Source of the DNA: Octopus vulgaris
Taxonomy: Eukaryota
DNA length: 64,000 nucleotides
Assembly (NCBI GenBank): GCA_951406725.2
Contig: OX597814.1
Location: forward strand, 30,442,001 to 30,506,000
Direction of reading: 5' to 3'
Positions 1 to 12,958 of this stretch are shown one piece after another. Made by a program: the position numbers and the translations under genes. The notes beneath the pieces are model-generated. The model saw only the letters and a list, made by a program, of their open reading frames with translations, had not been told where the DNA came from and made no database searches. The stretch's first letter is position 1. Each line of letters opens with the position of its first letter.

Positions 1-126
1 ATAATTATATATAAAACAGTACTGGGAGGATAATAATTAAATAATAAGGGTAGAAATTGATATTAATCAATTAAACCAGTGGCTTAGCATATTTAAAAAA
101 ATCTGAAGAATAAAAATTGTGTTACA

Positions 127-461
127 TACAAAATTTAGAAGAATGACCACTAAAGTGGACACCCTATATGCTAAACATAGACGTCAAATCGCCATTACCT
201 CGAAGAATGTGTTCTCAAGAAAAATCTCAGCAAAAAAACAAAATGTAAAAATAAGCAAGACAAATGAAAATATACGAAATATAAAACGATTACCTATGTA
301 CCATTTGATTTCGTATATTTTCATTTTTCTTGCTTATTTTTACATTTTGGTTTGTTGCTGAGATTTTTCTCGAGAACACATTCTTCGTGGTAATGGCGAT
401 TTTATGTCAATGTTTATCATATAGGGTGTCCACTTTAGAGGTCATTCCTCTAAATTTTGTA
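127..461. repeat. Fold-back element (arms 127-280 and 308-461)
   Basis: TACAAAATTTAGAAGAATGACC...ATATACGAAAT is mirrored by ATTTCGTATAT...GGTCATTCCTCTAAATTTTGTA with scattered mismatches; ~27 bp spacer; (TG)n follows. Confidence 0.9.
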
Positions 462-462
462 C

Positions 463-499
<37 letters not shown>

Positions 500-1259
500 C
501 ATGTTTGAAATGCTGATTTTAAAGCCAAAACGATGCAAACTATTAAAAAGATAATTATAAGACAGGTCAGTGGTTCGTACTATTACTTGAAATTACAGTA
601 TTTCGTGGTTAGGGTTCCTTCTTCGGGAAACTTACGGAGAAAAGGTATTGACAGCTGATTTCTCTTCTCTGTATGTATAAAATGGGGCCCTTATAAGAAC
701 ACGATGAAATTACTTTCAATCAAGGAAAAACCCAAATTCAAAAAAGCCTGAATGGTACATTGTGTCAGCACAATCCTCTGTTTCCATATTTATCACTACT
801 CACTTCGCCACCGGCACCACTACCATCAACACCGACAGCCTCTCCCCCATAACCACCATACACACTAACACTACATGACTTTCATAGATTACCATCATCA
901 ACACCCACAAGTCCCACCATCACTATCTTTGTCCCTATATATACAACATCATCAACATCAACGTCACTGCACTTATAAAACCCCCTTTCCTCAAATATCC
1001 GGCTACTGGTATGGCTTTCTTCCATCTCTCTGTAAGTCTGTTTATCTGTCTTTCTACTCAGGTTCTCTGCGTAACTAGCCTAATCAAATACTACAAGCAA
1101 ACTCTGAGAAGCCCAAGGGCGAAACAGAATGTATTTTGTTGGACTCACAGTTATAGATTAAACGTGTGTGTGTATGTATGTGCGTGTGTAGGCATACATA
1201 CATGTACACGTATGTACGCATATATATAAATATATGCATTACATATATACATACCTACA

Positions 1260-1301
1260 CATCTATCTATCTATCTTTCTATCTATCTATCTATCATCTA
1301 T

Positions 1302-1355
<54 letters not shown>

Positions 1356-1386
1356 GCCTGTCTGCCTGCCTGCCTACATGGCTATC

Positions 1387-1462
<76 letters not shown>

Positions 1463-1756
1463 CCCGTCTGTCTGTCTGTCTGTCTGTCTGTCTGTATGTC
1501 TATCTATCTATCTATCTATACATACATACATACATACATACATACATACATACATACATACATACATACAAAACTTTCCAGAAGCTTATCATTTAAATAT
1601 ATTAGCATGTCTAAGTATGCAATTATATGCATGAGAATACATACATACATAAAGCAAAACATACAAATCTGCACATATACATACATACACACATACATAC
1701 ATACATACATACATACATACATACATACATACATACATACATACATACATACATAC
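1260..1756. repeat. Compound microsatellite (ATCT)n/(GTCT)n/(ATAC)n
   Basis: Directly visible; produces the IYLS/YIHT artefact ORFs. Confidence 0.97.
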
Positions 1757-1872
1757 AAAAATAGCCTGTTGTTGATGTTGAAATTCCAATGACGGAGCCT
1801 GGAATTTACGTGAAAAACCGGCTCTTTCTCTACTGGCAAGAAATCTGGAAATAAAACCGAACAATGACATAC
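1757..1872 (+). mobile_element. ~115-bp dispersed element next to (ATAC)n; second copy at 51960-52070 (-)
   Basis: TGTTGATGTTGAAATTCCAATGA...TGGCAAGAAATCTGGAAATAAA matches the reverse complement of 51960-52070; both abut (ATAC)n/(GTAT)n. Confidence 0.7.
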
Positions 1873-2515
1873 ATTCATACATACATTAATACAAACAATT
1901 ATCAAATATATGCTGTCAATGAGGTTGAATGAAATTCATATTAGCAATGGTTAACACCTATCATCTTATGCACAATGACGTGGTTCTTTATGCGTCGCTC
2001 GATGTGCTAAAACCAGCACCAAAATCCACTCAAATCTTAAGAGTTGAAGAAGAACGATGTATTGAACAACAAAGTCATTTTTTCAATAAATCGTTAAGTA
2101 TATAAATAAATAAAAATTTGCCACGGCTGGACTGCATTTGTTGATCGCTTACTTCGACCTAAGCAAGCTTAAAGCAGATTTTCCCGAACTTAATAAAGAA
2201 ACCTGAGATGTTAAAAGAAACTATTTGAAACGTAACATTGTTAAATTGGGATATAAATAAACGCGTTGACGTAAAAGCCGAGAACAATTTCATTCACATA
2301 TAAGCTTTGCAGTGAGTCAACGAATGACGAAATATTACCGAATAAGGTCAAACGTATTTACAATAGAATAAATTATCTGTACAATTTTCAGATTATTTCC
2401 CTTCCGCTTTTTCTTTGTGTGTGCAAGTCTGTCTGTCTGTCTACCTGTCTGCCTGTCTGTTTGTCTGTTTCTCCCAACCTTTCACTCTTTTTCACTTATT
2501 ATTTTTATCCGTTAA

Positions 2516-3485
2516 GGCGGCGAGCTGGCAGAATTGTTAGCAACGCCGGGCGAAATGCTTAGTGGTATTTCGTCCGTTTTTACGTTCTGAGTTCAAATTC
2601 CGCCGTGGTCGACTTTGCCTTTCATCCTTTCGGGGTCGATAAAATAAGTACCAGTTACCCACTGGGGTCGATATAAACAACTTAATCCGTTTGTCTGTCC
2701 TTGTTTGTCTCTTCTGTGTTTAGCCCCTTGTGGGTAGTAAAGAAATAAGTATTTCGTCTGCCGTTACGTTCTGAGTTCAAATTCCACCGACGTCGACTTT
2801 GCCTTTCATCCTTTCGGGGTCGATAAAATAAGTACCAGTTACGCACTGGGGTCGTTATAATCAACTTAATCCGTTTGTCTGTCCTTGTTTGTCCTCTCTG
2901 TGTTTAGCCCCTTGTGGGTAGTAAAGAAATAGGTATTTCGTCCGTTTTTACGTTCTGAGTTCAAATTCCGCCGAGGTCGACTTTTCTTTCATCCTTTCAG
3001 GGCGATGGGCGGGGGTCGATAAATTAAGTACCAGTTGCGTACTGGGGCAGATCTAATCGACTGGGCCCTCCCCCAAAATTTCGGTTCTTGTGCCTAGAGT
3101 AGAAAAGAATCGATAGCACGCCGGACGAAATGCGTAGCCGTATTTCGTCTGCTGTTACGTTCTGAGTTCAAATTCCGCTGAGGTCGACTTTGCCTTTCAT
3201 TCGTTCGGTGTCGATAGATTAAGTACCAGTTACGCACTGGGGTCGATATAATCGACTTAATCCGTTTGCCTGTCCTTGTTTGTCCTTTCTGTGTTTAGCC
3301 CCTGGTGGGTAGTAAAGAAATAGGTATGTCATCTGTCTTCATATACTGTGTTCAAATTCCGCCGCCAAGGTCCACTTTGCCTTTCATCCTTTCGAGGTCG
3401 ATAAAATAAGTACCAACTGAATACTGGGGTCAATATAATCAATTTGGCCCTCCCCTGAAATTGCTGGCCTTATGTCAAAAATTGG
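2516..3485 (+). mobile_element. Tandem array of tRNA-derived SINE group A
   Basis: Head GGCGAGCTGGCAGAA..GTTAGC (A-box-like) and GAGTTCAAATTCC (B-box); central GCCTTTCATCCTTTCGGGGTCGATAAA.TAAGTACCAG domain (resembles the MetaSINE-type domain, from memory); ~180-bp units repeated. Confidence 0.9.
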
Positions 3486-5023
3486 TATCATTATTATTGT
3501 AGAACAAGAAGGCGACGAGTTGGGGGAATCGTTAACACGCCGGACAAAATGCTTTCGATCTTGTAACTCACTTTCAACAAAACAGAAAATCTCAGCATTG
3601 AAAATCTTAGTTTATCGAGTTTTTCAACTCACTATATTACAAATGCAAGGCCCTACTGTTTGAAGTACTTTCCCTCAACCTTATTGTAACTATTCCTAAC
3701 CAGCAGCATTATAGTCTTGTATTTATATGTTTTATATTTTGGAGGATTGGCAGAATGCGGAAACTGATATACAATGCAAGGCGGTAGTTTGTCAGAATTT
3801 GTTAGAGAGTCGGAAAAAGTACCCTGTGGCATTTATTTCAGCCTTTTACATTTCTGAGTTCAAATCCCAGCCATAAATTATATCATTTATCCCGTCAAAG
3901 TCGATAAAATAATGTACCAGTCAAGCGCTGAGAGAAAATACTGTAATTGATTAAACCCTCCCCCTCAAAATGTGCTAGCACTCTGCCTAAATTAGAAACA
4001 CTCATATTTTAAATATCCTGAGAGATAGTTTTGCCTTCTAATTACATGGCGTAATTGAAGATTCCTTCGAGTATATTACATATGGGAAACCACACCACAT
4101 ACAGATTTAGTATGCTGAATGTTTCCTTGTATCAATTATTAATGAGACATAGGAAGAGCAGTAACTTATCAGGTTCCTATCAATAACACCCCAGTACCGG
4201 ATCTTGCAATAGGATAGTAGTTTGTGTATTTAATCTTTCAGCAGAATGAATTAACTTTAATAAAGAGCAAGAACATGTTTACTTATTCTGTTTAAAATTC
4301 TGTTGGTATCAAGACGGACATCAAGGAACTAGAGTATATATGAAAACAAAAGTTTATTTTCTTCGTTTTCTTTATCTTTCTTCTCTTATAACGGTTATTG
4401 CCGAATAATGTAGGGCCTGTTGCAACTCAATTACTTAGAGGATCATAGTGGTTCACTGCAGTTGTTCCTCTTAGATTACTATCGCAAACAGCAATAGCAT
4501 TTTTCAACTAGATGCATGTCGTTGATCGGTTAAAATTACACAAATACTACAACTTCAGCACGAAATAACTTCTAAAATACGAAAGTTTTGTCAAAAATGT
4601 TCAAAGTAAACCTTGCTCTGCGTGATAAATTACATCAGTATACAAAGTTTCTAACTGTTTAGTTAAAAAACAAAAATTAATTATAAAATCTATGAGCCAA
4701 ACTGAATAGTTCCACTTATATACTAATGCTTGTCTTCGTGTCAAGTTATATATAAAAATAGTTAACCGTTTTTATATTAAAATTTACTTTGTTAACTTTT
4801 AAAAGTTTTAATAAAGGAAACAGTGAAGTCCTTGGAGCCCCAAGATGCAACCGAAAATGTTGATTATGTCACATTTTTGTGTAAGGCAGTTGCTGCTAAA
4901 AATTTCAATACGATAAAACTTCCCATTAAGACATGACATTGACGCTAAAAGAATATTTCAGCGATGGAGCTCTGAATTTTTGTCGGAACACTTTAAATAA
5001 ATCTTTTCTACTCTAGGCACAAG

Positions 5024-5995
5024 GCCCGAAAATTTTTGGGGAAGGAGCCAGTCGATTAGATTGACCCCAGTACGCAACTGGTACTTAATTTCTCGACCCC
5101 GAAAGGATGAAAGGCAAAGTCGACCTCCACAGATTTTGAACTCAGAAAGAAATACCTATTTCTTTACTACCCACAAGGGGCTAAACACAGAGAGGACAAA
5201 CATGAACAGACAAACGGATTAAGTCGATTATATCGACCCCAGTGCGTAACTGGTACTTATTTAATGGAGCCCGAAAGGATGAAAGGCAAAGTCGATCTCG
5301 GTGGAATTTGAACTCAGAACGTAGCGACCGGTGAAATACCTATTTCTTTACTGCCCACAAGGGGCTAGACACAGAGGGGACAAACAAGGACAGACAAACG
5401 GATTAAGTCGATTATATCGACCCCAGTGCGTAACTGGTACTTATTTCATCGACCCCGAAAGGATGAAAGGCAAAGTCGACCTCGGCGGAATTTGAACTCA
5501 GAATGTAGCAGCAGACGAAATACCGCAAGGCATTTCGCCCGGCGTGCTAACGTTTCTGCCAGCTCCCCGCCTTTAATGCCTATTTCTTTACTACCCACAA
5601 GGGGCTTAACACAGAAGGGACAAACAAGGACAGACAAACGGATTAAGTAGATTATATTGACCCCAGTGCGTAACTGCTACTTAATTCATCGACCCCGAAA
5701 GGATGAAAGGCAAAGTCGACATGAGCGGAATTTGAACTCAGAACGTAGCGGCAGATGAAATACCTATTTCTTTACTACTCACAAGGGGCTAAACACAGAG
5801 AGGACAAACAAGTACAGGCAAACGGATTAAGTCGATTACATCGACCCCAGTGCGTAACTGGTACTTAATTTATCGACCCCGAAAGGATGAAGGACAAAGT
5901 CGACGTCGGCGGAATTTGAACTCAGAACGTTACGGCAGACGAAATACCTATTTCTTTACTACTCACAAGGGGCTAAACACAGAGGGGACAAACAA
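5024..5995 (-). mobile_element. Tandem array of SINE group A
   Basis: Five to six reverse-complement units joined at GAAATACCTATTTC. Confidence 0.9.
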
Positions 5996-6169
5996 ATTCC
6001 ACCCACCGTTGACCCCCCACCACCCAGTTCCTAGCTACATTACTAAGTATTTAGTCACAGTGCATTATGTTTTGAGTTCAAATCCTGTAGAGGTCGACTA
6101 TACCATTCATTTTTTTAATATCCCTATAAAGCATCCTAGATGTTAATGGAATTATAAAAGAAGAATGTG

Positions 6170-6201
<32 letters not shown>

Positions 6202-6622
6202 GGTGGTGGTGGTGGTGGTGGTGGTGGTGGTGGTGGTAATAGTAGTAGTAGTAGTAGTAATGACAAAAGGAATGTATGTAGATGAATAATAAACTTCATG
6301 CTATGAGACATACATCATAATCGGAATTAAATTGAGGATGTTAAACTAACGATTAATCAGACAAAAGTGCTATAAACAGATTATAACGCTGATCTTCTTT
6401 AGGTAAATCTCTTCAAGATTCGATTAAAACATATATCCTCATCTAATCATTTTAGCCATTGGTCCGTGTGTCTCGACGACTCTGGATAAGACACACATTA
6501 ATCTGTACGTGCGGAAAACCAATTATTATTATTATTATTATTATGATTATTATTATTATTATTATTATTATTGTTATTATTATTATTATTATTATTATTT
6601 TTATTTTTTTTATTATTATTAT
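6170..6622. repeat. (GTA)n/(GGT)n and (ATT)n microsatellites
   Basis: Tracts at 6170-6260 and 6522-6622. Confidence 0.95.
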
Positions 6623-6828
6623 TGTTTTTTATATGACTACGTAGTTTACATTGAATTGAAGACGCGATAATAAGCGTTCCGCTAAAATGTAATTTCCCCA
6701 ACGTTTTTTCCCAAGCTATAAGTGATTACTTCCTAGTATTCACTTGTAAATTTCCTCATAAACATGCATGCATACAAACGTTACATATATTACATACAAA
6801 ACACTCACAGATGCAAATACACAAACAC

Positions 6829-6861
<33 letters not shown>

Positions 6862-7027
6862 TGTGTGGTAGCTAGAGTGTATGCCTCTCGGGGATGACCT
6901 TAAGTTTGTCACTACCCGGCTCCTAAGCCTATACAGGCCAATACAGCAGACCCGAAGGTGCATCCCCATAAAAGCGTCGCCTGGGGACTCTCATCCACCT
7001 CGCTATACTATTGTCGATATGTGTGTG

Positions 7028-7257
7028 TGGCGAGCTGGCAGAAACGTTAGCACGCCGGGCGAAATGCTTAGCAGTATTTTCGTCTGCGTTACGTTCTGAG
7101 TTCAAATTCCGCCGAGGTCGACTTTGCCTTTCATCCTTTCGGGGTCGATAAATTGAGTACCAGTTACGCACTGAGGGTCGATGTAATCGACTTAATCCGT
7201 TTGTCTGTCCTTGTTTGTCCTCTCTGTGTTTAGCCCCTTGTGGGTAGTAAAGAAATA
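7028..7257 (+). mobile_element. Single SINE group A copy with TSD
   Basis: Full head to GTAAAGAAATA tail; GATATGTGTGTGTG on both sides. Confidence 0.9.
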
Positions 7258-7258
7258 G

Positions 7259-7325
<67 letters not shown>

Positions 7326-7370
7326 CATGTATGTATAAACGTATGTATAAAAAATAATAATAATGATAGC

Positions 7371-7921
7371 CATGATGCAGTACCAGGCAGTGGCTCTCAT
7401 GGCTTCTGATCTTAACTGATTGGAAGTGTTATCATGTACACGCTTTGTCTTGGTATAAAAGATGGGCTACAGTAAATATTCTGCTCAATACCACAGATTT
7501 GCTCGTCAGTTGTTTGACCATAACCAGTTGAGAATGCCCTTTAGTGGCTGACGATATGTGCATCTCTGATCACAAGCAGAAGCAATGGGGAAGCATCATA
7601 GCCGTGTGTTGAAAGGAATTCTTGGAGGTTTGGATAATTCATCTCTGGAAACATGGGTGTTTCGTTCAACATCCTTAAACAATCCTTATTCAGAGACCTT
7701 TTGAGCGGTTTGGGCTACTCGGTCAGAAGAAAATTCTAAGTGGTCCCCACCTGCAAGGTCATGTGCTGTTTAACTTGATATGAGATCACTATGTCGCGCA
7801 CATATGGTTGTGATGCATGTGCCTAGTGTACCCTTATCAGACGAGTAGTCATGATGGGTATACTGGGCTTCGTATATTTTACCCCAGTGTCACTTTGATG
7901 GCATGCACTGCTCTCTCATTC

Positions 7922-7983
<62 letters not shown>
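7371..7983 (+). mobile_element. ~550-bp non-coding retroelement with (AAT)n tail; second copy 52828-53405 (-)
   Basis: TGATGCAGTACCAGGCAGTGGCTCTC...GCACTGCTCTCTCA(T/C)TC(AAT)n matches the reverse complement of 52850-53405. Confidence 0.85.
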
Positions 7984-7985
<2 letters not shown>

Positions 7986-8734
7986 CGAAAACCTTTGCAC
8001 GTACTTCAAGCGTGACTGCGTAGTAAGAAATTTACTTCCCAATCACATGGTTCTGAATTCTGTCCCACTGGGTAGCGCTTTGGGTCGACGACACTACATA
8101 GATCAATTCAGTACAGTGTGGAATGAAGGAGGCTTGACCTCCATTTCTTGCTGATTAAGCAAGGACTACACGACGACTCTCTTGTTGAGTTGATGACCTC
8201 ATATTCGATACAATTGAAGTTCAGGTGCAAAAAAAAAAAAAAAAAAGAAATAGGTTTTACTATCAAACTCCTTACCTAACTGTAAACTTTTAATTGTGTC
8301 ACAAAAGTTGTTGATAAATCTATCAACCACTCATCTAGGTATAAGAGGCAACGTGCATGCATTTAGGAGTGAAATATTTTATGCTCCTTATAACAAGAGG
8401 AGATAATTTTGTATAAATGTTATATAAATATATAAATCCTTTCTATCCCTATTCCCAATGCATTCTCAAACGGCTTAACCATATCAAATCAAATTTTAAA
8501 TGGCAATACTATGAGACCTCAGGAGTGTCAAAATGCAATTTTGGGGGATTAAAACAATGCAACAATGGCACCGTTTCCGTATTATGTCTGAAAACTCGAA
8601 CAATAAAATTGAAACCTTCGACGGAATAACAGTTATAAATAGTTTCAGTTTTGTATTGATTCACTTTTTGATAGTTTCACTATGTATAAATATACATATA
8701 TGTATATACATACATACATACATACATACATACA

Positions 8735-8770
<36 letters not shown>

Positions 8771-8861
8771 TATATGTGCGTGTGTGTGTATGTATGTATG
8801 CATGTATGTATGTATGTATGTGTATCTTTGTAGATATGTATATATATATATATATATATAA

Positions 8862-9062
8862 AGTTAATCCAAACAAGAAAACAAAAAAGACAACAACGCG
8901 AGGAGGTGGAACAATTAAAGTATTATTAGGCGCTCAGGAAAAAAGGGAAGAAGGAGGGTATGACGTTTCGAGCGGAGCTCTTGGTCGGAAACATAGGAGA
9001 AAGAAAGATCCCGAGATGGGAGGACAGAGGGAAAAAAATGCAAGTGGTCTTCATGAGGTCAA
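8862..9062 (-). mobile_element. ~200-bp (TA)n-associated element with hammerhead-like motif; copies at 21896-22115 and 48888-49095
   Basis: All three share TTAATCCAAACA.GAAAACA...CGCG...GGAACAA and a GTTT-CYGACGA-A-GAGC.TCC.GCTC-GAAA-CGTT-AAAC motif, degenerate here at 8958-8992. Confidence 0.8.
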
Positions 9063-9305
9063 CATACTGGAAAGACGGAAGTAGTAAACAAGAGAGTGCG
9101 GGTTTTCAAAGACAAGAGAGCGGAAAAAGAAGGAAGGTAAACAAACAGTGTGCGAGATGACCAGGGTGTGTGTGTGAGTGTTGGCGTGTGTGTGAGTGTT
9201 GGCGTGTGTGTGTATGTGTGTATATGTTGGGCGAAGGCTGGGGCAACAGCAGTAGCAACGGTGTGCGAGATGACAAGGGTGTGTGTGTGAGTGTGTGCGT
9301 GTGTG

Positions 9306-9382
<77 letters not shown>

Positions 9383-9725
9383 CATGTATGTGTATATCTT
9401 TGTGTATATATATATGTGTGCGTGTATATATATATATGTATGTATATATGTATACATGTATGTATATATATATGTGTGTGTATAAATATATATCAACATA
9501 TATATGTATATATATGTATATATGTATATAAATCCTCGAGTATAGTCCGTCCTTGAGTATAATGCGCAGGGGATTTTTAGGGGAATGTACCTCTGAAAAA
9601 CCTAAACCTTGTGTATAATACGCACCCCTGCTCTAACTTGAGTCGTGCGTAATAAAGCCAGCAGCACCTAGTCGAACAAACACTTCCGTGCGTGCGTAAT
9701 ACAATAATGGAAGTTGTGTTCAAGG

Positions 9726-10565
9726 GTAATGGTTGAATGCAATAACTTTTGTGGTATTTGTCTGCTTGCTACAGCCGGCAAAGTTTTATCACGAATAATG
9801 TCGGACCGGCTGCAGATATATGTGACTAATGAAATTCTGCCTGAATCACAGAGTAGATTCAGAAATGGTAGGGGTACTGTTGACATGATCTTCTCTGCAC
9901 AGCAGTTACAGGAAAAGTGTAAGGAACAGCAAATAGAACTTTATCAAGTATTCATTGATCTTACTAAGGCTTTTAACTCTGTGAAGCGAACTGCCTTGTG
10001 GGAGATCTTGAGGAGACTTGGATGCCCGGTAAACCTTCTCACTATTCTGAAGCAGTTTCATGATGGCATGGAAGTAAGGATCAACATTGGTGGAAAGCTC
10101 TCAGAGCCTATCTCTGTATGAATGGGGTGAAACAAGGTGACATAGTAGCACCCACTCTCTTCACCCTCTATTTTACTATAGTTTTTCAATTGGCTTTCAA
10201 AGGCTCCTATGAAGGCAAATATATCAGATATCGCACAACAGGAGAAATCTTTAACATCAGAAGACTGTCAGCCAAGTCAAGGGCGTCCTCTACTCTTATT
10301 AGAGATCTCCTCAATGCAGATGATTGAGATATTGTCACTCATACTGAGGAGGACATGCAAAATCTTATGGATGCAATTTCAATGGCTTGTGAGGCACTTG
10401 GCTTAACCATAAGATAAATTGTTACAATAAATTTTGGTTACAAAATTGTTGTCATGTTTCAGCCAGCACCAGGAATGCCATACATAGAACCTGGTACCTT
10501 TGTGTATGGAAGAAAACTTGATGTGGTTTCTAAGTTTGTTGACTTAAAGAGCACACTAAACACAT
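9726..10565 (+). pseudogene. RTE-clade LINE reverse transcriptase fragment (frameshifted)
   Basis: GICLLATAGKVLSRI, LPESQSRFRNGRGTVDMIF..QQLQEKC.EQ, FIDLTKAF, GVKQGDIVAPTLF, LLNADD (decayed YADD). Confidence 0.92.
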
Positions 10566-11069
10566 CAGCGATTACACATTCACATCCACGGGGCAGCTGA
10601 CCTCGAAAACTATGCTGTCAATGAGAAGTACTTTTGTAACTATAGTTATTTTCCTCGAAATTTTTGGTAAATAATATCTTTAAAATAACTTTTCAGAATC
10701 ACTTAACTGAAGTCTAACAACTGACTTAAGTATTCAACTAGGATTTTGAATAAAACAATAAGCCACTTGGAGCTGCATAAATGCCTTATATATATATTAG
10801 GTTTTGGCATGCAATTGGCCAGTAGTTTTTTGCCATGTGTATGGTTCTGTATTTGGGTATCAACTTTGTCTCTGCCACAGCTAGCCAGTGTGGTATGCTA
10901 CCGTTCCCATTGAGAGCTTGTTGGTACAGATTGATAAGATATGGTCCTGAAATACATTTTTAGAAAACAGCCTTTATCTAATAACGTCATTCGGTGAAGA
11001 ACCGCGATACATAATCGAAAGGTGATATCTTTATGTCTTGTGGTATATATGAGCCTGTATTTTTATATT

Positions 11070-11470
11070 TCTTGGCTCTGTGGTAAGAAGCTCCCTTCTC
11101 CAACCATGTGGTCTTATGTTCAGTCCCACTGTTTGGCACCATGGGTAAAATCAAAGCTTTGTGAATGGATTCGGTTGACGGAAACTGGAAGAAGCCCGTA
11201 TACACACACACACGCACACACGCATACACACACACATAATGTATGTGTGTGTGTGTTTGCGTCTGTATTTGTCCATTCCAGCCCACCGCTGGACAACCGG
11301 TGTCGGTGTGTTTACGTCCCTGTAACTTAGCGGTTCGGAAAAAGAGACTGATAAAATAAGTAACCGGATTTAAAAGATAATAACCACTGGGATCCATTCG
11401 TTCGGCTAAAATTCTTCAAGGTGGCACCTCAGTATTGCTGTCGTCTGGTGACTGAAACAAAGGTAAGATA
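11070..11470 (+). mobile_element. tRNA-derived SINE group B (central microsatellite), diverged copy
   Basis: TGTGGTAAGAAGC...GTTCAGTCCCACT head, GACGGAAACTG, (CA)/(TG) tract, CTTAGCGGTTCGG, GACTGAAACAA tail. Confidence 0.8.
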
Positions 11471-11474
11471 CACA

Positions 11475-11514
<40 letters not shown>

Positions 11515-11810
11515 TACACATATGAGTGTGTAAGAGCGCATGCACGCACCCACATGTGTCAGCCATACACTGTTAATATTTAAGATGTTCGATAACAGAA
11601 AGAAAAGACAACAAAAATACCGATTACAAACAAACAAAGAAACCTACATACACTATAACGCTACCGGAAAGAATGTTTAATGCATTAAGAAGAATATCGT
11701 TGTTATGCAGATGAGAAATTAAGCAACATCTTGTAAGATGAGGCCAATGAATAAGAAATCAAGAAGAAGACTTTGTATATCCTAACATACGTTGTTTAAT
11801 GCTTGCATCT

Positions 11811-12010
11811 TATTTCGGGAAAGATTCCCCTTATCAAATTATAAGAGAGAGAATAATCTAAGAGTTTGGAGAAAAAGTGTTACTATAGGCAGATCATCCT
11901 AATGTGATGGTTCAACTTACCAGACTGGCCTGCCAGCAGTAACACTTTTTCTCCAAACTCTTGGATTGTTTTCTTTCTTATATTTGATAAGGGGAATCTT
12001 TTCCGAAATA
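11811..12010. repeat. Fold-back (arms 11811-11892 and 11930-12010) with degenerate hammerhead core
   Basis: GGAAAGATTCCCCTTATCAAA...GAGTTTGGAGAAAAAGTGTTACT is mirrored; TTGATAA-GGGG.AATCTT.TTCC-GAAA at 11984-12008. Confidence 0.8.
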
Positions 12011-12958
12011 TGATAGCAATATTAAACAACCAATGAAATATATTATCTACATTATCTTTGTTTTTTATCAACTGGCGTAATCATATATATTTTTATCAAT
12101 TGGCATAATCTTATATATTTAGCTTCTCTCCGATATCATTTAAGGTTTTTTTTTCTTATATCATCTAAAAGAGTTTATTTGTATTAAGTCGATGAATCAC
12201 TCCCTCGGTAATCAATTTCGTGCCATTCTTTCATTCAAACTTCTAAGCCTGAACGAATGAATTCTGCTAGAATCTATGTAACAAGGAAGTGAATCGTCGA
12301 TTTTACACACACGCACGCACACATTCACATGTGTGCACACATTCCCATGTGCGCACACACGCACACACTATGCACGCACACACTATACACGCACACGTGT
12401 GTATGTGTGTATTTGTGCGAATGTGATCGAAAATGTAAACTTTGGCGAGAAAATCAAAATCCGGCATTCGTTATCTTATCAACTTCAAATGGCTCCAACG
12501 AATGAGGAAGTCTGTCTGTAAACCTACAGCAAATAACCCCCAAAAAGTTGCTTCAAATCACACTCTATCAATCTGAAATTAAAAAAAAAATAATAAATGA
12601 ATAAATAAATAGATAAATAAATGCATAAATAAATAAATGAATCAATGAATAAATGAATAAATAAATAAATAAATAAATAAGTAAATAAATAAATATATAA
12701 ATAAATAAATATATAAATAGATAAATAAGACGGGAAGTAAAGGCAGGGGCGCCTTTGATCAGAAGTTAACTCGGTGCCGAAATAAACGGAATAACAGCAG
12801 CAGCGGCAACAACAACAACAGCAACAACAACAACTGCAGCAGTAGCAGTAACACTAACAGCAACAACTTCAGCTGACTTTGAATGCCATTTATTTTTCAT
12901 CTTTACTTGTTTCCATCATCGAACTGTGGCCATACTGGGGCATCACATTGAAAGGTCT

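Noticed and set aside
580-635. Minus-strand CCGAAGA...GAAA motif
   Set aside because: Stems I and II pair too poorly to call
4000-5020. Host exons in unique AT-rich stretches (also 19400-20090 and 25560-26430)
   Set aside because: No convincing ORF, splice-site pair or recognisable domain; small exons cannot be excluded without RNA data
2516-5995. CRISPR-like regular repeats
   Set aside because: Units are ~180-bp SINE bodies without unique spacers; eukaryotic context and no cas genes
8085-8246. Processed pseudogene ahead of a poly-A run
   Set aside because: No recognisable ORF, polyadenylation signal or TSD
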